From Babesia bigemina (Eukaryota): a DNA stretch of 64,000 bases. Below, piece by piece: positions 1 through 10,697 of the stretch. The translations under genes were made by a program, and so were the position numbers. The stretch covers positions 1,550,001 through 1,614,000 of the forward strand of contig NC_027216.1 of NCBI RefSeq assembly GCF_000981445.1, in the 5' to 3' direction. Numbering within the stretch: position 1 is the first letter of the stretch; every line of letters starts with the position of its first letter. Below the pieces are notes generated by a model. It ran no database searches and had not been told where the DNA came from. It saw only the letters and a list, made by a program, of their open reading frames with translations.

Positions 1-1
1 G

Positions 2-451
2 AAGCGCCAGAAGCTGCAGGAGAAGCTCGCTCGGTGGCAACGCAAGGTGCAAAAAAACCTGGCCGACCCCGAAGCGGCCTCGTCAGGCTCAGACGCTGGG
101 CACGCGGCGTCAGACGCCGAGTCTGGATCCAGTTGCGACTCGTCGAGCTCCGACGACGACTCCGACTCTGACTCCGCCCCGGCGGAGAAGTCGAAGTATG
201 CGCGCGCTCTCAAGGCCCGCGCTCGCAACCTGAATATACCGTTTTCGTGCCTCGCCTGCCGCAAGGCGTGGCGGCCGGAGATGAACCCGATCGTCACAAC
301 CTGCGGTCACTACTTCTGCGAGTCGTGTGCCATCCGGTCTTACTCGCGCAACATGAAGTGCGCCAAGTGTGGCGTTTCGCAGGACGGAATCCTCAACCCC
401 GCGCAGGCCGTGATAAAGCTGCTGGCTTCGATGAACAGCGAGTGTGAGTAA
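2..451 (+). CDS. CWC24: RING-finger splicing factor Cwc24/RNF113-like, 3' part (5' end outside window)
   Basis: Frame open from base 2; IPFSCLACR...PIVTTCGHYFCESCA...KCAKC...GILNPA matches the Cwc24/RNF113A RING signature. Confidence 0.8.
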   Translation, partial: KRQKLQEKLARWQRKVQKNLADPEAASSGSDAGHAASDAESGSSCDSSSSDDDSDSDSAPAEKSKYARALKARARNLNIPFSCLACRKAWRPEMNPIVTTCGHYFCESCAIRSYSRNMKCAKCGVSQDGILNPAQAVIKLLASMNSECE

Positions 452-627
452 ATTGTTGGTGTGTAGCTTCATGTTGCCGGCCGTCGCGTGCTGCGCGTCT
501 GAACCCGCCCTTCCGCGCCGGTAGCGCCTGGCGTCGCCGAGCGCGTGCACACCCGCCGCATCTCGGCAATAACGCCGCTGCGATTGTGAGCGGCTGGTGA
601 GTTATTCGTGGCCTGCGAGTTTCGCCA

Positions 628-1603
628 ATGGTGGCGGAGCGCACGGTTTTGTCGCTCATCACTAGCCACCCCGGCGATGTGCTCTGTCTAATGCTGTTTG
701 CGCCGCTCGCGCTGCTGCAGTCGAAGCTACAACGCCGAAGGGGCGGCAAGCTGTGGACCGCTGCGGTCGTGGCGCTGCTGATATCGCTTGAGGTGTGTTC
801 CCGCCGTTCGTCGTCTAACTGGCTCAGACTTTCCTGTACATCAACGGCCGCATTATTGTGATCCTACTCAGCCTGCCCCTCATCATATGTTCACGTCGCA
901 TGTGCGTGCCTGCCGTCACGGGTGGCATCGGCAGCGGGAAGAGTACGCTGGGTGAGTCGCATGTTTCCCGCTCACACAAGTCGCTGCAGCGAGGGTTCTG
1001 GCGGACAACGGGTACACGGTGGTCGACTGTGACGCGATAAATCGCGAGGTAGGTTCGCTCCGGGGTTTTAAAGCACCGACTACAGCTGCTGCTGCCGGGT
1101 TCGCCCGCCTACGCCAGCATCATCCGCAAGTTCGGCGCGGGCATCGTGCTCGACAACGGCGAGATAGACCGAGCCCAGCTGCGCGAGATCGTGTTCAACA
1201 ACGAGGCGAGGCGGCTGGAGCTAAACAAGTGCCTGCACAAGTACATCGGCTTGCGCGTGATTTGGAACATTTTCAAGTACCGGGTGCTGCTGTGGAGGTC
1301 GCGTGTCGGTAAGTGCGCTATTGTGCGATGCTATCGGTCGCAGTTCTGGACGTGCCGCTACTGTACAACACGCCGTTGGTGTTCGTCAGCAGCCCCGTCG
1401 TGGTGGTGGTCTCGCCCGTGGAGAGCCGCCTGGAGCGCCTGATGTCCCGGGACGGCACGGTGCCGCGGGCGACGCTGCAGAACATCATCAAGGCGCAGGT
1501 GTCGGACGACGTGCTCTGCGCCTGGGGAGATATCATCCTCGACAACAGCCAGAGCCAGGAGGAGTTCGTGGAGCAAGTGGAGTCTCTCATCTCGAGCCTG
1601 TAG
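628..1603 (+). CDS. DPCK: Dephospho-CoA kinase, 5 exons, hydrophobic N-terminal extension
   Basis: After removing short GT-AG introns (first 793-827): VTGGIGSGKST P-loop, VVDCDAI, GEIDRAQLREIVF, LDVPLLY, all CoaE-family motifs. Confidence 0.88.
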
Positions 1604-1863
1604 TGATCTAAACTCAGGACGTAGCCGTGTAGTTTGTATTTTAACTGCAGCCACCCCCGTGCCTGCACCGCCATGATGTGCAAGACCCCGGTGCCGATGG
1701 CGCGCGTGGAGGGCGGTGTTTAGTGATTCTGGAGTTTGGCGCGCCCCGTCTTTATTACACACGGATTTCAGGCGCAATTTACTGTGTACTAATAATTCGA
1801 AATCGCTCCGTTACGTCGCTATCGGTTTGCCATAGGTCGTACTGTACTTACACCTGGGCTAAG

Positions 1864-3120
1864 ATGGATGGTCAGAATAGCATGCAACAGCTCCAGGAGC
1901 TCCTGGCGATGGAGGGAAATGGCGTATGCTTCGACTGCGGCGCTAGCGGCCCGTCCTGGGTCTCCCTGTCGCACGGCAGCTTCATCTGCCTCAGCTGCTC
2001 CGGTGTACACAGGTGAGGGTGCTTTCCGCGCTAACACACCGCCGCAGGGGATTCGGCCTCAGCGTGAGCTTCGTGAAGAGCGTCAACATGGACACCTGGT
2101 CCGCGAGGCAGATGTTGTACATGAAGCACGGCGGCAACCAGAAGCTGCGCAGCTTCTTCGACGAGATGAAGATCATGGACCTGCCGCTGTCGCTGCGCTA
2201 CAAGACCGAGGGCGCCGCGTACTACCGCAAGCGGCTGCGTGCGTTGGTGGACGGTGCACCCCTGCCACCGATGATAGAGGCCGAGGTGGCGTGCCGCCTG
2301 GAGGAGCAGACGCCGGGGTCGCTGAGCGCGACTCCGCACGCCGTCATCTCCGCGCCGCTGTCGCCGTCGAGCAGCTTGGCCACTCCGTTCACGCAGGTGA
2401 ACATTGACGCGTCCGACGTCACCGCCGAGGAAGATGGCGCCAGCGTCCCCCTTCATCCGACCGTGCCGCAGATCAACCTGCAGACCTCGCCCTCAATGAA
2501 CGAGACCCCCGGCTACCAGCCCTCGCAAATGCCCGGTAGACATTCGGTGCCGCCAGGAGCTCAGAAGAAGCGTTCGCAGAAGAGCGACTTCTTGGGGTCA
2601 CTGGGGTCGATGTTCGGTTCGTTCGTGGACACGGCCATCTCCACTGCGGGGACCGCCGTCACCGAGATGAGGAACCGCGGCGTGATCGACCAGGCGAAGG
2701 GCGCCTTCGAGACCAGCAAGTCGTGGCTGGAGACCCAGGGGAAGAAGATCGCCACGAGCGTGCAGGATCCCGAGTTCTGGGAGACGAGCCACCTGAGGGC
2801 TAAGCATGAGGCGTCGAAGGTCGCCCATCACCTTTCAACGGTAAGTTGTGCTACCACACTGGGTTTGTTTATAGTGCGTTCAGGCTGCCTCCACCGCGCA
2901 GAGTTGGATCCAGAAGAAGGTTGCAGAAATGCAGAACTCGTCTGATCCCGCGGCCAGGTACGGAGGCACAGAATCTTCCTCCGTGTCTTACAAACCGCAG
3001 CCACGCACGCAGCAAGGACCCATCGGCGTGATGGGCGGCGCCAACCTGTGGACCGAGCCGAAGGACCCCGATGCCGATGATGTGAATCCCATCATCGAGC
3101 AGTACCAGCAGCCACAGTGA
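1864..3120 (+). CDS. ADP-ribosylation factor GTPase-activating protein, 3 exons
   Basis: CFDC-x16-[26 protein letters not shown]rfGAP zinc finger across an intron at ~2013-2047; last intron 2841-2883 leads in frame to the stop at 3120. Confidence 0.9.
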
Positions 3121-3739
3121 GTCGGTGGACGGGATACGACCGCCGTTTTACGGCGGTCGCTTGTTTTTGAATCAGGAGCCTTAGTGCACGCGAAGGCGTG
3201 CTAAATCGGGCAAGCAGGGTGGGCAGTTGTCTGCTGCATTGCATGTGTCGTTGGCACGTCAATGCGTTTTGATTGTAAAACCGGGTTGCCGGCCGCTGCC
3301 GACGCTCTCGCCTCTGTAACGCACCAAGACATAGGCATATATTTATTTGAATATTTCGGTTGCTTTACTCTGTTGCGCTGCTCTCGTGAAACCGCTGCCG
3401 TTGTTGTGGGTGGCTGGCGGCCCTCCTGGTGCCTCAATCCGCCGTAACGTCCTACACATACATAATCGCATAAATTATAGACGTCTTCTATAAATGTAGT
3501 GTAGATTGGCCGTCGAGTTCGACCGCGATAATGACTTGCGGCTGGATTCTCCGCGCAGCGTTCAATCCAGGCAGCAACGACCTACACGCAACAATCGCGG
3601 GGGTCATTGCTTTGCGTCAACGGCTCTGACGTATTTGCGGTACCAGGTGTGCCGCTGGTAACCGCGGCGGGAAGGAGGTTTTCAGCCGCGAACAATCCAC
3701 AGGCCCTGGCAGGCACGTATTACAGTTGCGGTATCCACG

Positions 3740-6700
3740 ATGTTGCGGTACGATACCACCGTGTCTACCGAGGTCACCGGCCTATCGTTCGAGCTTCTGT
3801 CGGCGGACACCATCCGGCAGCTTTCTGTGTCGGAGATTAACAACGCCGTTCGGCATGGTACCGAATGTGCCGAGAGCTCGTGCATCCACGACTCGTCCCT
3901 CGGGCCAAGCGACATCTGCCACATCTGCTCGACGTGTAACGAGATGTCGGCTTGCGACGGCCATATGGGCCACATCAACTTCCCCATCCCGATGTACCAT
4001 CCGCTGCTGCTGCCGAGGCTGTCGAAGCTGCTCAAGGCCATGTGCCTCTACTGCCGCCGGCTGAAGATGACGCAGCACCGGGTGGTGAAGTTCATCAAGA
4101 TGTTCGACCTGATGCAAGCGGGGCTGATATCGGACATGCTTTTGTTCGACGACCTCTGCCCAGACAGCAGCAAGAGCAAGGTGGACCTTACCCGGATGAA
4201 GCGTTCGGGCAACACCGCGGACAACCAGCTGGCGGAATCCGCCGACGGCAACACAGCGTCTGAAGGCGCTGCAGGTGAAACGAACCTAAAGCAAAAATAC
4301 ATCCGTGGAATCATGAACAAGCTACGCGCCCACAAGAGGTGCGAGTCCTTGATCCGGGACACGTCGGCACCCGACGTGGACGCTAAACGCAAAGCCACCG
4401 AAGTTTCGCAGGAAGATGCTGACGAAGCCGTTGATATCAGTGAATTCGGGTCAAGCCTCGATCATAAGGCGCCGTCGAAGAAGGCCAAGTCCATCGTCGC
4501 CCTTCCCAACACCGGCAACGGTGGCAAATCGCGCCACTTCGACGTCACCATCTGGAACGATCTGCGCAACCGTTTCGTGGCCGAGGCAGGCAGCGTTGTG
4601 CAGTGCCCGCATTGCGAGAGGCGCGACATGTTCTACATCAGGCCCTCTACTGACATGAGCTGCATCGACGTCTCCTGGCCACAGGATATTGAAGGCCCTC
4701 CGATCATGGACCACCTGACCAGCTACAACTTCGACTTCGAGAATGACGCGAGTGATGCCGCCACGGCTTCGCAGGATTCCGTGACGGCCGGGAGGCAAGG
4801 TGTCGACCTGCCCGTGATGAACCGCCTGAGCGCGACCGGCCGTTCCGTGCGCCAGTTGCAGCTGCAGGCATTCCACATTGTGCCTTATATGAGGGAGCTC
4901 TTTAAGCAAAACCACGTGGTGCTGGGGCATGTGTTCCCGCAGTCACGCAAGCTCGGTTGGCGGATGTTCATGATGTTTTGCATGGGTGTGTCCGCGAACA
5001 GGTTCAGGCCTGTGCTGGTGACGGCTGACCGACAGCTTGCGCTACATGCACGTTCGCAGGCGCTGCTCGACATCTTAGTGGCCAAGCAGGTGCTGTGTCT
5101 GCTTCTCAAAATCGAGAACGACGCCAACCTGACTCGTTTCATGACCGATGCGGACTTCGTGGTGGGCTTGTTGGGAAACCTGGACAGTCGCCAGCTGCAG
5201 AGCTTCCGCGAATTCGTGGCGGACTGCGGCTCGGACTTCAACAGTGCCGTGCTCGGCAGCATACACGCGTTGCAGCGAAAGGTCTCCGCGTACGCTGACA
5301 GCAGCAAGGTCAGCAATACCATGAACGCCAAGGTGGCACAGCGGCCTGGGATCAAGCAGAGCCTGGAGCACAAGGAGGGTGCAGTCCGGCAGAACATGTT
5401 GGGAAAGCGTGTCAACTACGCAGCGCGTACAGTTATTGCCCCCGACTGCTTTTTGGACTCTAACCAGATGGGCATTCCGCTGTTGTTCGCCACGGAGTTG
5501 ACGATTCCGGAAAACGTCACTTCGTACAACGTCCATCTACTTCGAAGGCTGTTGGTGAACGGCCCTAAGGTCTACCCAGGAGCCAACTTCTACCGCGACG
5601 AACACGGGAAGCTGTATAACCTAGGCGCGTTGTCGTTCAACGAGCGCAAGGCCAAGGCCAAGCTGCTGTTGACCGACAACTCCGACGGCAGGCTGCCACG
5701 TGTGGTCTATCGGCACGTGCTGGACGGCGATGTGGTGTTGATGAACCGCCAGCCCACGCTCCACAAGCCTGGAATCATGGCGCACTTCGTGAAGGTGCTG
5801 ACGAACGAAAAGATTTTCCGGCTGAACTACGTCAACTGCAACACCTACAATGCGGATTTTGACGGTGACGAAATGAACTTGCACCTTCCACAGGACCCGC
5901 TTGCGCAATCGGAGGCACAGTTGATTGCCAACGCCGACTGCCAGTTCACCGTCCCAAAGGACGGCCAGCCAATCAGGGGCCTCATACAGGACCACTGTCT
6001 GGGTGGAGCTTACCTGACATGCAGGGACACGTTCCTCACCCGCGACCAGTACTTCAACTTGGTGTATGTGGCCGTGCAAGCCTTTTTCAAGTGGCATCGA
6101 ACGATATACATCAAACCCGAGGAAGGGCGCAAACACGCTCGTGATGGCCTGAAGATCGACGTCCACCTCCACCAGGTGACCCGTCGTCTGAAGGTGTTGA
6201 GCGACCCGTACGCGCGCCGCTGTGCCAACAGCAACGCCGAAATCCACATCGAGGAGCCGGCGATCATGTTCCCGCAACGTTTGTGGACTGGTAAGCAGGT
6301 CATCACCAGCCTGCTGAAGACTCTGGTTGACGGTATCGCCAGGGGTCTGCACCGCACGGACTTGAACTTTTTGCAGAAGTACAGAGGCATCAATTTGGTA
6401 TCGAAGTCCAAAACGCCGGGTGATGCCTGGGGCGGGGTATTCGACGGCAACAGGGAGGAAAGCACTATCATAATCCGCCAATCCGAGCTTTTACAAGGTG
6501 TTTTGGATAAGTCCCAGTTCGGTGCTACACCCTATGGATTGACGCATCTGGTTTACGAACTACTTGGCCCGCGTGCTTCCGGGTGCCTTTTGAACGCGTT
6601 CTCGTATCTGTTTACGTCGTTCCTGCAGATGTACGGCGCCACGTGCAGCCCCATGGACTTCATATTGACGAGGGATGCGGAGAATCACCGTTCCCGTATC

Positions 6701-9700
6701 CTGCGCCGCATCAAGCATTGCGGCATCCACCTGCAAGAATTGTTCATCTCAGCCATATCGAACAAAACCGGCAACGGGGAGGATTCCAAGACCAAAAGCG
6801 AATCGAAGGATGATTCCTCCGTATCAGAGGCGCTGTCAATCTTCAAGCAAATGACGGCCGAGCTCCAGGAATTCCCGTTGCTGCAGTCTAAATTGCAAAG
6901 CATGCCGCACGAATCACCCGATGACATATCTGCTGTTCTAATGACCGTTATGGATTATTTGACGAATCAGAAAATTAAAGCGGAGCACCAGCACAAGCTC
7001 GCGGGCATCCTGTCCAACACCATTGAAGCGCTGTGCAGCTTGCAAGACTTACGTGGGTTCATCCTTGGGAAGCTACCTGGCATCGCTGAAGGCAAAGGTA
7101 AGCCTGTGCCGCCCAATGACGATAAGGTGATTAAACATTTCCCATCCTGGCACAAGCCGTACGATGGAGACAGTGGCATCTCCAGGGCGTCCGACGACAG
7201 GCAGTACAGGCTTGCCGACTTTAACGAGACCTGCTCGTCAATGTACAGGCTGATCAACGAGCAGTTCAAGGGCAACGAGCACGACTTCTACCGCATGTTC
7301 GACCGCTTTTTCCAGGGTAACATCACCGGCGCATCCAACGAGGCAAGCTCTGTTGTTGATCGTACCCTTCTCAAGTTCCCACGCAACGGTTTCGCCGGCA
7401 TGGTGTCCACTGGTGCCAAGGGTAGCAAAGTCAACTTCAGCATGATTTGCAGTCTGCTGGCGCAGCAGACACTGGAGGGCAGGCGTGTGCCCGTTATGCC
7501 CTCGGTGAGGACGCTTCCGTCGTTTGCATTCGGCGACCTCGGTTCCCGCGCCGGTGGTTTCATCACGGACAGGTTCTTGACCGGCCTGCGACCGCAGGAG
7601 TATTTCTTCCACTGCATGTCTGGGCGTGAAGGTTTGGTCGACACCTGTGTCAAGACCGCCAAGTCCGGTTACTTGCAGAGGTGCATTCTGAAATCGATGG
7701 AGGATGTCATCTGCTGCTACGATTCGACTGTGCGCAGCGCGGACGGCACCATCATCCAATTCGCCTACGGTGAGGACGGCATCGACGTGCAGAAGTCTGC
7801 GTACATAGACCGGCCGGACGACATTATCAACAATGCTCCATTGATCAAGGTCGACCAGCATGATGAACCGCCGTTGAAGTTTGAAAAACTCATTAAAAGC
7901 TTCATGGACAGCAAATACACGGCTCCGGAAACCCACGCTACTCTATACCAGCACTACAAGCGCTCCCATTGCGAGCCCGGCGAAGCGGTGGGCTGTGTGG
8001 CAGGGCAGTCTATTGGTGAGCCCGCCACCCAGATGACGCTGAACACCTTCCATCTTGCCGGTCACGGCGCCACCAACGTTACTTTGGGTATACCTCGTCT
8101 GGTTGAGATTCTGCAAACCACGGGTAACGCCTCCACTCCGTATTTCTCAGCTCCTCTGTTGGGCGACACCGACGAGGAAATGGCCCAAAATGCGCAGCTG
8201 GCCATAAACTCGCTGCGAACAGTGCCACTGACCGACGTCATCCATTCGGTGGCTGTTGAAGAAGGGGTGTACGTGGACGCCAACGGCACGAAGTTCTACG
8301 AATACGAGGCCAGCGTCCAGTTTGAAAACCTGGCAACCTTCCAGCGCGCCGTGGAATCGATCCGCGCATTCGACATTTTACGTATTACAGCGCATTGCCT
8401 ATTGAACGGGTTCCTTAAAAAGGTAACGGGTCTAATGATCGTTACGATGGACAGCAATGTGCCGTACGAGATAACGGAAAACACGGATTACTTGCATGAC
8501 TGCTGGCGGAGGCTGGTGCTCCAGGAGCAGGCGCACAAGAAGGACAAGCTGTCGGAACGCATAAGAAAGATGGCTCTGAACACAGGAGGGTCAAGCAGCG
8601 CTGGTCTCGGTGGCTCATCTGCGCGCATGGCTATGTACGCTGGAGAGGGGGTAGAAATTGTTGGTTCCAGCAAGAAACGTGGTGACGATGACGACAAAGA
8701 CGGAGTTGGGGAGTCACAGGATGACGACGCTAACGAGGATGTGGCAACCGCAGCAGCGGATACCGCCGAGGACGACTCAGATCAGGAGAAGACCAGCGAC
8801 CACGAAGACTCCGATCCCGAATCTCAGGATGAAGCCGAAGATGGCCCGAATGCCGACGAGGAATCCGTCAGTTCAGACGACGACGATGAATCGCAAACGT
8901 TGCTTGCCGATGTTGGAGATGCTGAAGTGAGCAGCAACACTACCGCGTCACGCGATTCGGAAGTGGACACCCCAAAGGCGTCGAAGAGCAACGCACGCTC
9001 TAAAGGTTTCGCCAGCTCGAAGCCGGCGGAACTGCGTAGCGATGCGTCGGCAGGTGGGGAATCATACCGCGGTTTCGAGAGCGATATCAAGGTGGGCAAG
9101 CAGAGCATCACCTCCCTGAATGCCAAGGTGTTCCAGTTCGCCAAATCGCTGCGCTACTGCCAAGACACTGGTAGGATGGTGCTGAAGTTCGGGTGGCCGT
9201 TCAGCAAGTGTCCGTACCACCTGAATTTGCTGCCCCTGCTGCAGCAGGAAATATCTGCGCAGATTCTGAGGAACACGCCGGGGGTGAGGCAGGCCCGTGT
9301 GGTATGCAACACCCAGAACGGCCGTGAGGTCTACAACTTGCACTGCGACGGCAACAATCTACAGCGCTTATTCTTATTAAAAGACAACCTGGTTGACTTC
9401 AACCGCATCCAGGTCAACGACATCGGTACTGTGTTGCGCTACTACGGGGTGGAGGCTGCCCGCGCCTGTATCGTGTCCGAGCTCCAGAAGGTGTTCTCAG
9501 TGTACGGTATCAATGTGGACTACCGCCACCTGTCGCTGATTGCCGACTTCATGACTAACAAGGGCGACATCCGCACCTTCAACCGTTACGGCATGGCGCG
9601 TCACTGTTCGCCGCTTCTGCAGATGTCATTCGAGTCGACCATGAAGTTCATCATGGACGCCTGCGAGCGCGGAGGGTACGACAACCTCGGAACTCCTGCG

Positions 9701-9874
9701 GGATCTATTATTGCCGGACGTCCGATTATGCTTGGCGGCGGGTTATGCAAGGTGCTCCCGAGGATCGACCTGCGGTCGCGTGCCGATTCTGTATCGCACT
9801 CACTGTCCAGCGCGTACGACTACCAAATGTCCGCTTCTCGCCGTTTGGGGGTAAACTCGTTCGTCCTAGAGTGA
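3740..9874 (+). CDS. RPA1: RNA polymerase I largest subunit
   Basis: 2044 aa with YNADFDGDEMN active site, GKRVNYAAR, GAKGS, QMTLNTFHLAG and an acidic insertion; no CTD heptads; motif variants are Pol I type. Confidence 0.95.
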   Translation: MLRYDTTVSTEVTGLSFELLSADTIRQLSVSEINNAVRHGTECAESSCIHDSSLGPSDICHICSTCNEMSACDGHMGHINFPIPMYHPLLLPRLSKLLKAMCLYCRRLKMTQHRVVKFIKMFDLMQAGLISDMLLFDDLCPDSSKSKVDLTRMKRSGNTADNQLAESADGNTASEGAAGETNLKQKYIRGIMNKLRAHKRCESLIRDTSAPDVDAKRKATEVSQEDADEAVDISEFGSSLDHKAPSKKAKSIVALPNTGNGGKSRHFDVTIWNDLRNRFVAEAGSVVQCPHCERRDMFYIRPSTDMSCIDVSWPQDIEGPPIMDHLTSYNFDFENDASDAATASQDSVTAGRQGVDLPVMNRLSATGRSVRQLQLQAFHIVPYMRELFKQNHVVLGHVFPQSRKLGWRMFMMFCMGVSANRFRPVLVTADRQLALHARSQALLDILVAKQVLCLLLKIENDANLTRFMTDADFVVGLLGNLDSRQLQSFREFVADCGSDFNSAVLGSIHALQRKVSAYADSSKVSNTMNAKVAQRPGIKQSLEHKEGAVRQNMLGKRVNYAARTVIAPDCFLDSNQMGIPLLFATELTIPENVTSYNVHLLRRLLVNGPKVYPGANFYRDEHGKLYNLGALSFNERKAKAKLLLTDNSDGRLPRVVYRHVLDGDVVLMNRQPTLHKPGIMAHFVKVLTNEKIFRLNYVNCNTYNADFDGDEMNLHLPQDPLAQSEAQLIANADCQFTVPKDGQPIRGLIQDHCLGGAYLTCRDTFLTRDQYFNLVYVAVQAFFKWHRTIYIKPEEGRKHARDGLKIDVHLHQVTRRLKVLSDPYARRCANSNAEIHIEEPAIMFPQRLWTGKQVITSLLKTLVDGIARGLHRTDLNFLQKYRGINLVSKSKTPGDAWGGVFDGNREESTIIIRQSELLQGVLDKSQFGATPYGLTHLVYELLGPRASGCLLNAFSYLFTSFLQMYGATCSPMDFILTRDAENHRSRILRRIKHCGIHLQELFISAISNKTGNGEDSKTKSESKDDSSVSEALSIFKQMTAELQEFPLLQSKLQSMPHESPDDISAVLMTVMDYLTNQKIKAEHQHKLAGILSNTIEALCSLQDLRGFILGKLPGIAEGKGKPVPPNDDKVIKHFPSWHKPYDGDSGISRASDDRQYRLADFNETCSSMYRLINEQFKGNEHDFYRMFDRFFQGNITGASNEASSVVDRTLLKFPRNGFAGMVSTGAKGSKVNFSMICSLLAQQTLEGRRVPVMPSVRTLPSFAFGDLGSRAGGFITDRFLTGLRPQEYFFHCMSGREGLVDTCVKTAKSGYLQRCILKSMEDVICCYDSTVRSADGTIIQFAYGEDGIDVQKSAYIDRPDDIINNAPLIKVDQHDEPPLKFEKLIKSFMDSKYTAPETHATLYQHYKRSHCEPGEAVGCVAGQSIGEPATQMTLNTFHLAGHGATNVTLGIPRLVEILQTTGNASTPYFSAPLLGDTDEEMAQNAQLAINSLRTVPLTDVIHSVAVEEGVYVDANGTKFYEYEASVQFENLATFQRAVESIRAFDILRITAHCLLNGFLKKVTGLMIVTMDSNVPYEITENTDYLHDCWRRLVLQEQAHKKDKLSERIRKMALNTGGSSSAGLGGSSARMAMYAGEGVEIVGSSKKRGDDDDKDGVGESQDDDANEDVATAAADTAEDDSDQEKTSDHEDSDPESQDEAEDGPNADEESVSSDDDDESQTLLADVGDAEVSSNTTASRDSEVDTPKASKSNARSKGFASSKPAELRSDASAGGESYRGFESDIKVGKQSITSLNAKVFQFAKSLRYCQDTGRMVLKFGWPFSKCPYHLNLLPLLQQEISAQILRNTPGVRQARVVCNTQNGREVYNLHCDGNNLQRLFLLKDNLVDFNRIQVNDIGTVLRYYGVEAARACIVSELQKVFSVYGINVDYRHLSLIADFMTNKGDIRTFNRYGMARHCSPLLQMSFESTMKFIMDACERGGYDNLGTPAGSIIAGRPIMLGGGLCKVLPRIDLRSRADSVSHSLSSAYDYQMSASRRLGVNSFVLE

Positions 9875-10298
9875 TATGAATGGACAGATTCATGGTGCTC
9901 CTGTATATGAGGCGCAAGCATCCTCCTGGCTCCACGAATACATCGTATGACAACATGGGTAACTAATCATGATGCAGCACTGCATCACATCAAACTGTGC
10001 ATCATCCGCATACAAGTGACGTGAATCAAACTCAAGGCTAATTTGACGCATGACATTCGTTATGAACTTTGTAACGATCAACATTAGTTTTTTGCAGTCA
10101 TTCGGTTTATGTTCGTGTGTGCAGCTGTAATTACGTTGCTCTTACTAAGGCAGCCATCGTAATTACACCTCTATTATGCACTGGCACAAACCGTTGTGTT
10201 ACACCGTGAATGCAAACCAAGTCAATCATTACACTCGCTTGATGCTACAAGCACAACGATAAGACACGAACACTAGGACACCTCCCGGGACGTGTAAG

Positions 10299-10697
10299 TT
10301 ACTGGAGGTTTTTGCTTCCAAGTCCGGAGTAAGTCGTAGTGTACCCGGTCCACTCGTATACCACTTTGGGTAGCATGTAAGCCCTTGACTTTGTCTTGTA
10401 GAGGATAAAAGCGAAGGCGAGTAATATCGCGAAGATTAGAGCTCCGATGATGCACCAAAATATTAGCGCAGCTTGTGGATTCTTGTAATTCAAACAAAAC
10501 TCACAATTACATTTCGTGGTCTCACACCGATCACAACTTGTATCCGTGCATTTATGTTTTTTTCTTTCAGTGGAGTGAGTTTTACACGTCTCGCAATTCA
10601 GGCTCTTACATTTCTGACAACACCAGTGACAGCAAGTACACTGTGCGCCTTCGCATTTACCTTTCCCTGACGGCTCACAGTTACACTTCGATGACAT
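10299..10697 (-). CDS. Small Cys-rich protein with one TM helix (132 aa), unknown function
   Basis: ATG at 10697; Cys/Lys-rich N-half, hydrophobic AALIFWCIIGALIFAILLAFAFILY, then tail; Cys spacing shared with 12905-13168. Confidence 0.7.
   Translation of the reverse strand: MSSKCNCEPSGKGKCEGAQCTCCHWCCQKCKSLNCETCKTHSTERKKHKCTDTSCDRCETTKCNCEFCLNYKNPQAALIFWCIIGALIFAILLAFAFILYKTKSRAYMLPKVVYEWTGYTTTYSGLGSKNLQ

Noticed and set aside
8660..9060. Acidic low-complexity insertion in RPA1
   Set aside because: Corresponds to the known Pol I expander/DNA-mimicking region; not novel
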